Assembly (NCBI GenBank): GCA_051599415.1
Contig: AP039692.1
Span: 620,001 to 684,000 of the forward strand
DNA from: Savitreella phatthalungensis
Taxonomy: Eukaryota
Reading direction: 5' to 3'
DNA: 64,000 nucleotides
Made by a program: the position numbers and the translations under genes. Under the pieces are notes generated by a model. The model was not told where the DNA came from, ran no database searches, and saw only the letters and a list, made by a program, of their open reading frames with translations. The stretch's first letter is position 1, and each line of letters begins with the position of its first letter. Positions 1-10,016 of this stretch are shown here, one piece after another.

Positions 1-831
1 GCCGGCGGTGCTGCAGCTGGTGCACGTCTGGCAGGTTTTCACACAGTTTGGGCTCTGGATAAGTGGCCCACAGCTTGTGAAGTCTTCAAAGCGGCGTTTC
101 CCGAAAGCTCTGTGCTGTGCCAAGATGCAGACGACCCGGCGAGCCTAGCACGCGTTGACGTGCTCCATGCAAGTCCTCCTTGCCAGCCGTTCAGCAGCGC
201 AAACACGCGGGAGGATCTCGGCAAGGATTCAGCGGACCATATTTTATCATTCATGGCGCTCAAGGCTGCCATCGACAAGGCCAAACCTCGTGTCTTTACC
301 CTCGAGCAAGTGCCTGGTATTCGTGGTACAAAGGGCCAGAACTTCTTGAGTTGGCTCATCGGCGAGCTGGTCGAGGAAGGCTGGAGCGTTCGATGGCAAG
401 AAGTAGATTGTGCGGATCATGGCGTGCCGCAGTCACGCAGGAGGATCATTCTCATGGCTTCCTGTCCAGGACAGATGTTACCTCACGCACTGAAGCCTCG
501 AGCAGAGTCTCGAACGAGAATTAGAGATGCTTTGCAACCGAGCGCTACCCAGTTGAGGTCGCAAAGAGCGTTCTGGAACAGTCAGGCGTCAACCATCATG
601 GCCACAGGACCGCCGCCGATGCATTTGGCATTCGGCAGGGCATTCACATGGGAGGAGCTTGCTCGCCTGCAGACTTTTCCAGACGAGCTCGTAAGTGCAC
701 TGGCCTCACAATCTACCGGTCGTCCGCGGCTGAAGCTAATTGGCAATGCTGTTCCATCACAATTTGCAAAAGACCTTTTCGAGAGCGTACGCCGCACTCT
801 TCAACAGACCGACGAGTTGCTCATCGACTGA
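1..831 (+). CDS. C5 cytosine DNA methyltransferase, Masc1/RID-like (5' end lies upstream of the window)
   Basis: Frame is open from base 1 (AGGAAAGARLAGFHTVWALD, tail of motif I/II). Motif IV VDVLHASPPCQPFS, motif VI TLEQVPG, motif VIII HGVPQSRRRIILMASCPG, motifs IX/X RAFTWEELARLQTFP..IGNAVP. Short target-recognition region. Confidence 0.85.
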   Translation, partial: AGGAAAGARLAGFHTVWALDKWPTACEVFKAAFPESSVLCQDADDPASLARVDVLHASPPCQPFSSANTREDLGKDSADHILSFMALKAAIDKAKPRVFTLEQVPGIRGTKGQNFLSWLIGELVEEGWSVRWQEVDCADHGVPQSRRRIILMASCPGQMLPHALKPRAESRTRIRDALQPSATQLRSQRAFWNSQASTIMATGPPPMHLAFGRAFTWEELARLQTFPDELVSALASQSTGRPRLKLIGNAVPSQFAKDLFESVRRTLQQTDELLID

Positions 832-859
832 CTGACTTTCCTTAAAGAAAGCACTTTCG

Positions 860-2292
860 TTACTTGCCAGTTGCCGCTGGTTTAGGCCTGTGTGTGCTGA
901 CGGCTTTGATGCCTGAGGGAATTCGTTCTTCCTGTGTAGAGTATGGTTTAGGCGTGAATTTGATGACTTCGTGCAGCGGGATATTGATGTACGGCAGATC
1001 TTCTTGCGGGATGTTGTGGTAGTATGCATAGATGCAGCGAAGGACAGCTTGATGACAAACTATCAGGACGTTCTCTTGGCGCTCGAGCTCCATGATAACA
1101 GGCTCTAGACGGATGACGACGTCACGATAGGACTCACCACCGCGGTATCGGTAGTTGAACTTGTCTGCATCCCGTTTCATCTCCTCAGGATATCGGACTT
1201 CAATTTCCTCGTAGGTCAAGCCGTCACAAATGCCAGCGTCAAGCTCGTCCAACGCTTTCCAGGTCAGCTTCTTGAATGGCAAGTGGCGAGCTGTGGCGAT
1301 CGTCCTGCGGAGCGTCGATGTCCAAACGGTCAGATCTTTCAATCCACCGGTGGATTTATCAACTAGCTCCGGCAGCATAGCGGCGTAGCTCTCTCCACGG
1401 TCGCTCAGGAGCGCATCTCCGCCAAGCTTTCCTTCGACGTTGAATTGGGACTCGCCGTGTCGGGATAGCCAGATTGAGCGCGGCTTGATGTGCAGGTTCA
1501 TGAGGAAATAGACGATGCGGGATTCGAGGAAGTTGTCGATTGCGTGGATGATGACCTGACCTCCGACGTTGATCATCTTGACGTAGCTGTAGTGTGACTC
1601 TGATCCGTCGGCGTCGAGAGGCTCATACGCTCGCTCATAGTGTCGAATACGCTCCCGGAAGTCGAGTGCGGCCTGCTCGGCATCTTGGCCTACGTAGTCC
1701 GGTGATGAGACCTTGACGTCTGTAATGTTGTGCATGATGAGCTCTTCATCATCGCAGACGGATTCCACAAACAAGACCTTGATCTCGTTCTCGGCACATG
1801 TGTCTGCAATCCACTTGCGGCGGGCTCGAGTGGAATTCGTGGCGTCGAGAACACCAACGACGCCAGCATCACGTGCGAACCAGTCGATCATGTCGTCGAC
1901 GGCCGCCTGAGCGGCCTGCTGACGCAGCTTCTCTCCATCTGGATTTGACGGATTGAAGAAGTCAGCAGAGGGAAAAGGCTGGGTGGTCTTTCGACGGTAG
2001 TTGCCGACATTGAAGGACTTCGTGGGGATCGAGAGCCACTGGAGGTACCGCCTGACCTTTTCTGCAATGTACGTCTTGCCTCTTGCGGGTAGTCCTACCA
2101 TGCAAACGCAGATCTGGTGTTCAACATGGGACCTATGGGGATTGTGTCAGTGAAACTGTTCATCAGGTGATGTCAGACAGACAGAGTGATTTCTGTATGC
2201 TGTAGAACTGCCTGTGGAGGAAATTTGACTCACGTGGCAAAGACTCTTGACATCGATGCGCCTGCTGGATTGCTGAAAGATGGACGAGACAT
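860..2292 (-). CDS. FBP26: 6-phosphofructo-2-kinase/fructose-2,6-bisphosphatase; 2 exons (2292-2234, 2132-860)
   Basis: MVGLPARGKT P-loop, RHGES phosphatase His and YRYRGGESY. Intron 2233-2133 (GTGAGT...CTGAC...TAG) joins MSRPSFS... in frame. Confidence 0.9.
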
Positions 2293-4200
2293 GATGCTGG
2301 AAGATGGGCAGATGCTAGTGTGCGATAATGACTTGTGGTAGAGCGTGCAATATCTCCTGTGAGCTATCCTTGTGAGAGGGTCTGAGAAGGCGGTGTCGTC
2401 TGAGTTGGGAGGGCGCGTGACCAATGATGATGGACTCGATTAACAGATATGCGTGAATGGACGTGAGGGATCCACGTTTGATCTTCGGAATTTGGCGAGA
2501 GAGCTAAACGACTGACTATACTTTGATTGTGCTCCTGGTTTGTAAGATAGACTGCTGACTGGATGTTGCGGAGAGGGAATGCCGGCTACGATGAGGAGAG
2601 TTGGATCACTGTGTCACCCACCCTAGCCTGTTGCCTGTTGCACCACGGGGTTGTTGGTTTGGACTCGAAACGGCCCCACGCGTGTCTGTCACCCCAGAGA
2701 GTGAAAGAGTACGGAAGCAAGAGTGGGAGTTACTGTGTATGTGTATTGCAGTGGAAGTAAATTAGACTTTGAGAGAGAGAGACAGTTTCCCTTAACAGCT
2801 CTAGAGGAATTTCAATTGGATTGAATTCTAACGAAAAATGGGAGTGAATGCACAATCGATCACGTGAGCTAGAATTCTCATCTAATATCTTCAGTATGAC
2901 GTCCGTCTGTCGGATACAGTATACGTACGTGCATTCCAGGAGAATCCAGAGGCAATTGGCGTAATACATGTTACTCTAGCTTACTCGAGCATCCTTTCAC
3001 CACGGAATCTCCTTTTCCGACCTTTGAAAATTATAGCTGATAATCACTTGATATATGCATTTGAATTTATGATCAATTGTTCATCACTACTAATTTACAT
3101 TATGCTTTGGACAGACCTCGTTCCCCCATTGTCTCGATCACATGTAAATTGGAGTGCCATCTTTGCTTGGTCTTGAGCTCTATCAGATTCCAATGATCGA
3201 ATTGAATTTCAGCTTTTCGCTTTGCGTCAATATAATGACACAGAATCCACTCGTCACTTCCATGGATTGACTGCCATCAGACTGAAGATGTGGAGATGAC
3301 CTTGCTTGAAGGATATACACCATGGAGTCCACTTCAGCTATCAATTGTATCCACTCAACCAGACTAGGCTCAGCTTTACTGAAATGTGGACAGCGTCATT
3401 TCATCCAACTTTGGCTGCCTTTATCTGCGGAAGCGAAGAATATCGACCTCATGCAGGTAGAATCCAAGCGTCAACTCTGTGACGGGTCTAATCCAAATAC
3501 TCAATCTGACTAAAGCGACACTGCGATGATTGTCCTGAAGGCTCAGATAACTTGGCTCTCCCGCTCGCCTTCGTACTTTCCTTTCTCCACGATGGCTATA
3601 CCAAAGCGAGAAACTGGCGATCGCAGACTCTCCCTGCCTGGCTGCTGTCAATAACGCTGTAACCGATATATGATTCAGATCTGCTTTGATCTGCTCAACT
3701 CTAGCCTGCTCTAATGCTACCGACAATACCTCCTACAGGACAGGACAGGACACGAAGGAGACTACATACACACACAAACGTCCGTTCGCTTACTCATTCT
3801 CACGTTGCGGAATTCACATTCGAAAACGCAATCTCAAGGTCGCTTCATTGGACGTTGTAGCTTGGAAGTGACAACGCGTCGGTAACGACCAACTCATTTG
3901 TCCATCTCTCGTACCATTGACGCCATCTTTCCCGTTCTCCTGGAACAAACATTCATTCGGAAACACCTGTCCAGGGAGCTTTCCAATTTCAGCCGTTCAT
4001 CCGCTGTCTGGCACGAGTATTGCTCAGCAAGGCTTCAGATTTCCATTATCTGCCTTTCACACCATCGCGGATTGAATTCTCCAGAGCGATCAATCTAGCG
4101 GGCTATTGTCACTCGCTTTGTTAGAGATTAGGTGCTTCGTCCGAACATCTTCAGCTGATTCCTCCTGACTGTTATTATACCTACAAGGCGACGTCCTTTC

Positions 4201-4250
4201 TGATCAGCTCTGACCAGCTCTGACCAGCTCTGACCAGCTCTGATCAGCTC
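4201..4250 (+). repeat. 5 x 10-bp tandem repeat TGA(T/C)CAGCTC immediately before the lipase ATG
   Basis: tgatcagctc tgaccagctc tgaccagctc tgaccagctc tgatcagctc, followed by gc-ATG at 4253. Confidence 0.95.
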
Positions 4251-4252
4251 GC

Positions 4253-6577
4253 ATGCTCGATCATATCCTCGGCAGGCCATCGACCAGCTGGCGAAAGACC
4301 CAGGTCATCGCGACCGCACTTTTCTGGATCGTCTACGCGCGCAAGACAGACCCGGATGGACCACCTCTGATTCGGAAATACAGCAAACGCTTAGCAAAAT
4401 GGCTCACGCCTTGGCAGCTCATCATCATTGTCCTTAATTTGACGTACATTGTTCGCCATTTCGATGCCGTCATCGGTCTCGCAGCACCGGAACCGCTTGC
4501 ACACATGTATTCCGCCAATTTTTACAGAGCCACTTGGTTTGCCACAGCACTGGATGCTGGCTACTGGACTGCAATGTCCGTTCGCCCCGTATGGCTTCGT
4601 GAGGTCCTTAGTCTCCTCTTCACTGGCTACTACCTTGTCTTCGCCAATCAGGCGGACGAGAAGGTGCGCAAAATCAGAGCCACTGTTACGGCAGAGCAGC
4701 TTCGAAACAGCTGGGAAAAGACAACAACCCCTACCCTCCGTTTCATCACCGGCTTGTTGAGGCCAAAGCTGAACATCTTACAAAAGCTCAAGATCGACCG
4801 TGGCGATGGCCTCGAGCCGGTTGATGCGTGGCTTTACTTTGATGGCACACGCGAAGAACTGGCTCGCCAAGAAAAGATCGTGATTGCATTCCCTGGAGGT
4901 GGTTTTGTATCCATGTCGCCGCGCAACCACGACGATAGCTATTGTGCGTGGGCGAAGAAGCTTGGAGCGCCACTTGTCGCCATCGACTACAAGAAGGCGC
5001 CTGAACGCCACTACCCATACGCACTGTACGAGTGCTATGATGCTTACCGCGAGATCATGCTCACCAAAGGTGCCTGCCTGCAAGTTGGCATGTCTCGCGT
5101 GCGCAAGTGCGCGCTGGTCGGAGACTCAGCAGGAGGCAACTATGTCTCTGCCGTGACAATCATGCTGCTCGAAAACCAGTCCTCAACTCAAGTCCCAATG
5201 CCTTCAGGACTCGTCCTCATCTATCCTTTCCTCGACTTCAACATCTCCTCTTGGATGACTGCAGACCATCTGCGTCTGCTTCGTCAGGAGTCGACCGCGG
5301 ATATGCTTGACAGCAAGAAGCATCACGAGCGACGACGTTCAGTCCTCCAAGTTTACCCTGACGAACGAGGAAGAGAGCGAGGACCAAGAGCCATGAAGCT
5401 CACTGACCTCAAGAAGGCTGTTAACGGGCTATCGATGACCAGGAGCCGACCCACTACGCCGCACGACTCTCGTCCAGGCTCACCAGCGCCTGATACACCA
5501 AACATGAGAACTACCACATCAGCAGGGAGCGGCGCAACGACGCCAGTCGCACGTAAGAAGCCGGAAATGCCGCGTCGGCAGTCGTCTATCGGCGCACGCG
5601 CTGCAGACCGTCCACTTGGCACAAGGCTTGCAATGACGTCCCGGGTATCGTTCTTTGCAGACAGGATTATCACGCCGGACATGATGCGCGCTATGGCGTT
5701 GCTCTACGTCGGTCCACACGGCAAGCCGGACTTCCACACCGACTACCTGCTGTCGCCTATTCTTGCACCTCAGGACATCCTCGCCAAGTTCCCCAAGACC
5801 TTCTTCCTATGCGGCGAAGTGGATCCGTTTGTCGATGATACGGTCATTCTCGCAGGACGCATCAAGGAAGCCAAGCATGCAGCAGCCCTACGAAGGCGAG
5901 AGTTGAATATGGAACGACCCAAGTCCGCTGGACAAGAGTCGGATGACGATTATGTCGAGATGACACTCATTCGAGGCACTTCACACGGATTCCTGCAGAT
6001 GCGTGCGTTCCTTCCTGAGGCTCGCAACTCGATAGCTCGTTGCCGCACCTGGCTCAATCGCATCCTTGAAGATGCTCCAGCTCGAGGCTCTCCTGTCCAA
6101 CAGAAAGTTCACCAGCCTTCCCCTGTCAAAGGTGCTAACGGGAGAGTGGACAGCCCAGTTCCTCGACGAGGTTCTGATGTTGACGCTCGGATCGGTCGAC
6201 CGCCGCGCGCTGCGACTCCTGCCAGGAAAGGCTTCTCGATTGCCGATTCGGATGAGGATGACGACGAGGACGAAGTGGTTGGTGGCAACTTTGCTGACGA
6301 TGAAGCTGGTGATCTCAACAGTAGTGGCCAGCTTGAATCCGTTGACTTAAACTTGAGTGGCGTCAAGGCTGCCAGTCACGCCCTGACAGCCTCGCTTGCG
6401 GACGTCAGCCCGAAAGAGCCGTCAAATGACACATTTGTCACTGTATCGACTGCTCCAGTTGTTGATGACAAGGACAAGCACAAACCATGGGAGTCAAAGC
6501 ATTTGCTCGATGCGAGTGAGCTCATGAACAACCGAAAACAGGCCCTTGTGAGGCCACTTCAGACTGGAGCTAAGTAG
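4253..6577 (+). CDS. Hormone-sensitive-lipase family alpha/beta hydrolase with N-terminal hydrophobic segments
   Basis: FPGGGF oxyanion motif, GDSAGG nucleophile, CGEVDPFVDD acid and SHGFLQM His; 774 aa uninterrupted. Confidence 0.85.
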   Translation: MLDHILGRPSTSWRKTQVIATALFWIVYARKTDPDGPPLIRKYSKRLAKWLTPWQLIIIVLNLTYIVRHFDAVIGLAAPEPLAHMYSANFYRATWFATALDAGYWTAMSVRPVWLREVLSLLFTGYYLVFANQADEKVRKIRATVTAEQLRNSWEKTTTPTLRFITGLLRPKLNILQKLKIDRGDGLEPVDAWLYFDGTREELARQEKIVIAFPGGGFVSMSPRNHDDSYCAWAKKLGAPLVAIDYKKAPERHYPYALYECYDAYREIMLTKGACLQVGMSRVRKCALVGDSAGGNYVSAVTIMLLENQSSTQVPMPSGLVLIYPFLDFNISSWMTADHLRLLRQESTADMLDSKKHHERRRSVLQVYPDERGRERGPRAMKLTDLKKAVNGLSMTRSRPTTPHDSRPGSPAPDTPNMRTTTSAGSGATTPVARKKPEMPRRQSSIGARAADRPLGTRLAMTSRVSFFADRIITPDMMRAMALLYVGPHGKPDFHTDYLLSPILAPQDILAKFPKTFFLCGEVDPFVDDTVILAGRIKEAKHAAALRRRELNMERPKSAGQESDDDYVEMTLIRGTSHGFLQMRAFLPEARNSIARCRTWLNRILEDAPARGSPVQQKVHQPSPVKGANGRVDSPVPRRGSDVDARIGRPPRAATPARKGFSIADSDEDDDEDEVVGGNFADDEAGDLNSSGQLESVDLNLSGVKAASHALTASLADVSPKEPSNDTFVTVSTAPVVDDKDKHKPWESKHLLDASELMNNRKQALVRPLQTGAK

Positions 6578-7036
6578 GAGCAGCAGCGCTAGATACTTTC
6601 ATGTCGATGAGATGCGATTATTCCTAATGATCAAGGTCTTGCTGAAGACTCTTAGTGACCCCATCATGACATACATGGGGATCCAGGCCCAGGCAGTCTC
6701 CATTGCTCTCGGACACACCTTCACGTGCATTGATAATGGATCTCCCCGTTACCCTTTCTCTTTTTTGTTCTCTCTTCGATATAATTTGAGAAATCCTCCG
6801 GGGTTTTCTGCATACTGTGCTCCGTACGTACTGTAGTTGGCTGGATATGGCAAAGAATGGCGCAGTAGCTGACGTCGAACCAGAACCCTGAGCAGCCTTG
6901 GGATCTTCAACATCACCGCCCTAAGCGGCCAGATGAACGCACTGACCAGCAAAAGGGAGGCATCATCAATCTTGAACCAGCATCCTTGAAAGTCATATAG
7001 AAGATTTGCTGGGCACTTGCCTCACGCTCACTCCAC

Positions 7037-8653
7037 ATGACGACCAACCCAGGTCAGTCGCAGCCGCGGTTCTCCCACCAGGCGGGCAAACTTCGTGATG
7101 ATTTCAGACCGACCCTTGGCGCTCGTCTACTGCTTTGGCTGATTCACACGTTCTACTGGGTCAAGCTGGTATATCGGCGAGCGATTGGCCGGGCAGTCGA
7201 TCTGATAGCCCGTCTGACGATGCCGCAAGGCACCTCTCGTGATCTCATCAAGCGCGACATCTCATCTTTTGCCAAGATCCCGTCCCACGTGGCCATCATC
7301 CTTCAGACCTCGCCATCGCCAGCCACAGGCAAAGCTACCCTGCCAGACATCGAGAGAATGGTAGACGAGGTGGCAGACCTAGCTGCCTGGTCGCTGTGCT
7401 GCAGTATCCCGATCCTGACGGTCTACGAAAGCAGCGGAGAGCTCAAAGGCCTTGACACGAGTCTCCTGGTGGCCATCAAGCGCAAAGTCCGGAGATACTT
7501 TCGAGACACGAAGCGTATACGTATTGCTACACCTGGCTGGGACCATGTCAGTGGAAACTTTGACGAGCATCGACAGCTCCCTGATTTGGAGATCAACTTG
7601 CTGTCGAAGGAGGATGGAAAAGAGGCCCTGTTGGAGCTGACGAGGTCGTTGTGCGCCATTGCTGCTTCCGGCAGAGAGCTAAAGGAGCGTGCAGATCAAT
7701 CACGAAGGGCCTCGACCGCGGCAGGAGGTGCCGTTGGCTTCCCTGCAGCGACGCCTACAAAGCTCGACACAAGTGCTGCCACCATCAACCGTCATCAGCA
7801 CGTAAGTGGTAGTGTGAAGGAACAACCACGAATGTCACCTCGGTCTCCGGTCACCTCACCCTTATTGAGCGGCAACGGATTTGAGGGCAACGATGTTGCT
7901 CGTCGCGGCTCAGCTGTCACATCTCGCGAATTGCGTCGGAGCATCCAGCTCCGTCGTGCTCAATCACCAACACTCGAACAGACGGGTGACAGATCACACG
8001 ACTTGCGGCAACGCCGTGCAGGGACAATCAAGCAAAATGGCAATCTGGACCCGAGCCCTCGTTCATCTCCACTGATCAATGGCCATTCGGCCGATGACGA
8101 TGACGATCATGCGAGTGACGAGGACGACGATGAAAAGGCTTTCAGCCACGAGATTCGAACCGAGTCTGTGAACGGGCTTGGCCTTGTACCCACCAACGGT
8201 AACACGATCGCTGGCGACAGCACGAGTGGGAAAAGTAGCTCAAGACGAGCATCACGGCTCAGCACAACGAGCATCGGCACAGAATCATCTGTCGTGCTCA
8301 CATCTGCCGATATCACAGTCGCATTTGTGGACGAACACCTGTCCCACATGACGATTGGTGAACCTGACCTGTTGATCGTGTTCAAGCGGGATGCTCCGAG
8401 CTCGTCGTTACGTGGTCCTGCAGCCGCGGCAGCTGAGGTCGCCGGTGGATTCCATCTCGATGACTTCCCACCCTGGGCTGCACGACTATGTGAGATCACT
8501 TGGCGCGGTGGTCCAGGCACCTCCTCTTCCATCTTCACCAACGCATCCGCAGCCAACCCAACACCACCCACGCCACCAGGAAACGTTACCTACCGAGGCT
8601 TCCTCGCAGGTCTGCGCAAGTACGGCACTGCAGAGATGCGCTGGGGTAAATGA
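7037..8653 (+). CDS. NUS1: Dehydrodolichyl diphosphate synthase complex subunit NUS1/NgBR, with a large low-complexity insertion
   Basis: N-terminal TM, KIPSHVAIIL, LSKEDGKEALLELTRSL, EPDLLIVF, FPPW and C-terminal RWGK (RxG motif). Confidence 0.85.
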   Translation: MTTNPGQSQPRFSHQAGKLRDDFRPTLGARLLLWLIHTFYWVKLVYRRAIGRAVDLIARLTMPQGTSRDLIKRDISSFAKIPSHVAIILQTSPSPATGKATLPDIERMVDEVADLAAWSLCCSIPILTVYESSGELKGLDTSLLVAIKRKVRRYFRDTKRIRIATPGWDHVSGNFDEHRQLPDLEINLLSKEDGKEALLELTRSLCAIAASGRELKERADQSRRASTAAGGAVGFPAATPTKLDTSAATINRHQHVSGSVKEQPRMSPRSPVTSPLLSGNGFEGNDVARRGSAVTSRELRRSIQLRRAQSPTLEQTGDRSHDLRQRRAGTIKQNGNLDPSPRSSPLINGHSADDDDDHASDEDDDEKAFSHEIRTESVNGLGLVPTNGNTIAGDSTSGKSSSRRASRLSTTSIGTESSVVLTSADITVAFVDEHLSHMTIGEPDLLIVFKRDAPSSSLRGPAAAAAEVAGGFHLDDFPPWAARLCEITWRGGPGTSSSIFTNASAANPTPPTPPGNVTYRGFLAGLRKYGTAEMRWGK

Positions 8654-8897
8654 GTCTACCTTCCCGCACTATCAACCACATAGCTCTAGCTTGTACCTAT
8701 CGATAACTGTAATAGCAAGCAATCTACTAAATGACAGTCTCCCTCCAACCTGTGCATTCCGTGCATCTTGTCACCCGTAAATCCACCCTCCTGCACGCCA
8801 AGACCCTTCAATGCACAACATCCACCTAAAAAGTTGCCCCTTAGGCTCACCATCGGAAAGCAAAGTCTCATGACCTCGTGACGTTGAGCGGTGTCTC

Positions 8898-10016
8898 ATG
8901 AAGACGACGTTGCTGGCAGAAGCCTCGACGCCGCATCCTGCGGATGTCGTCTTGTTCCTGCCGACCACGGATGGCACATGGCTTGTGGTTGGGACGTACC
9001 TGCTGGACGAGCGGTCACGCTCACGGACCGGCGGTCTGTGTGTGTTCCTCTACGCCGCTCCCTCGCTGACGGTACAGAGGCAGGTGTCGTGTGACGCTGT
9101 CCTGGATGTCAAAATCGTGCAAAACACCCACACCCATACAACGCTGGCGGTCGCTCACGCCACGGGAGTCATCACGGTATGGCACCTATCGATACCGAAG
9201 GTCGGTAGCGAGAGCCAGGTAGGCCTTGTGAAGGTCGGAGAGTGGCAAGTAGCGGACCAAGGGGATACAGAAAATCTGGTGCTAAGTGTACAAGTACTCT
9301 CACGCGATCGAGATTTCTATGTACTCAGTACACACTCCAAGGGTGATGCCGCGGTCTCTCGGCTGCGACTCGACGGGGATGTGCAGATCGCAGTGAAGGT
9401 GGTGGCCAGGCTGCGTGCGGCGGAGCTGGAGTGCTGGATAGGCGCGATGGCGAGTGTCGAGGGTGGTGGCGTGGCTGTGTGGGCTGGATCGGACGATGCG
9501 TCGTTGTGCCGCTGGACACTGCCGGAGGTAGATGTCGTGGAGACGATTGACGGAGATGGATTTGCGATTCCGGAGTGGCGGAATAGTAAGCTACATGGCG
9601 CTGGAGTAGTTGCAATTCGTCCTTTCTGGGAAGGCTTCTCGCCGACAACAGCATCCGGCACACAGCGAACGGATCCTGTCTGGCTCATGACGGGAAGCTA
9701 CGATGACCATCTCCGACTCGTCTCAGCCGCATCGCCTGGTAGAGCTGTCGCGTCGATCAAGCTGCCCGGAGGCGTTTGGCGGATTGTTCCTCTTCCGACT
9801 TCCGTTGAAGGATCGACAGATGTTCTTGTATGCTGCATGTATGGCGGCGCGGCGATTGTGCGATTGCTTCATGATGCACTTTCATTCGAGCTCCTCACAA
9901 CATTTGACCGCCACGATTCAATCGTCTACGGCGGTGACGTGACGAATGATGGCATGCTGATGGCGACTTGCAGTTTCTATGACCGCAAGCTTTGCATCTG
10001 GTCGATTGTTTCATGA
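8898..10016 (+). CDS. DPH7: Diphthine methylesterase (WD40), DPH7/RRT2
   Basis: LVVGTYLL, ELECW, HGAGVVAI, MTGSYDDHLR, GGVWR, CMYGG, HDSIVYG and ATCSFYDRKLCIW. Confidence 0.85.
   Translation: MKTTLLAEASTPHPADVVLFLPTTDGTWLVVGTYLLDERSRSRTGGLCVFLYAAPSLTVQRQVSCDAVLDVKIVQNTHTHTTLAVAHATGVITVWHLSIPKVGSESQVGLVKVGEWQVADQGDTENLVLSVQVLSRDRDFYVLSTHSKGDAAVSRLRLDGDVQIAVKVVARLRAAELECWIGAMASVEGGGVAVWAGSDDASLCRWTLPEVDVVETIDGDGFAIPEWRNSKLHGAGVVAIRPFWEGFSPTTASGTQRTDPVWLMTGSYDDHLRLVSAASPGRAVASIKLPGGVWRIVPLPTSVEGSTDVLVCCMYGGAAIVRLLHDALSFELLTTFDRHDSIVYGGDVTNDGMLMATCSFYDRKLCIWSIVS

Noticed and set aside
3421..3726. 101-aa minus-strand ORF preceded by an acceptor-like CTGTAG
   Set aside because: No recognisable domain and no convincing first exon.
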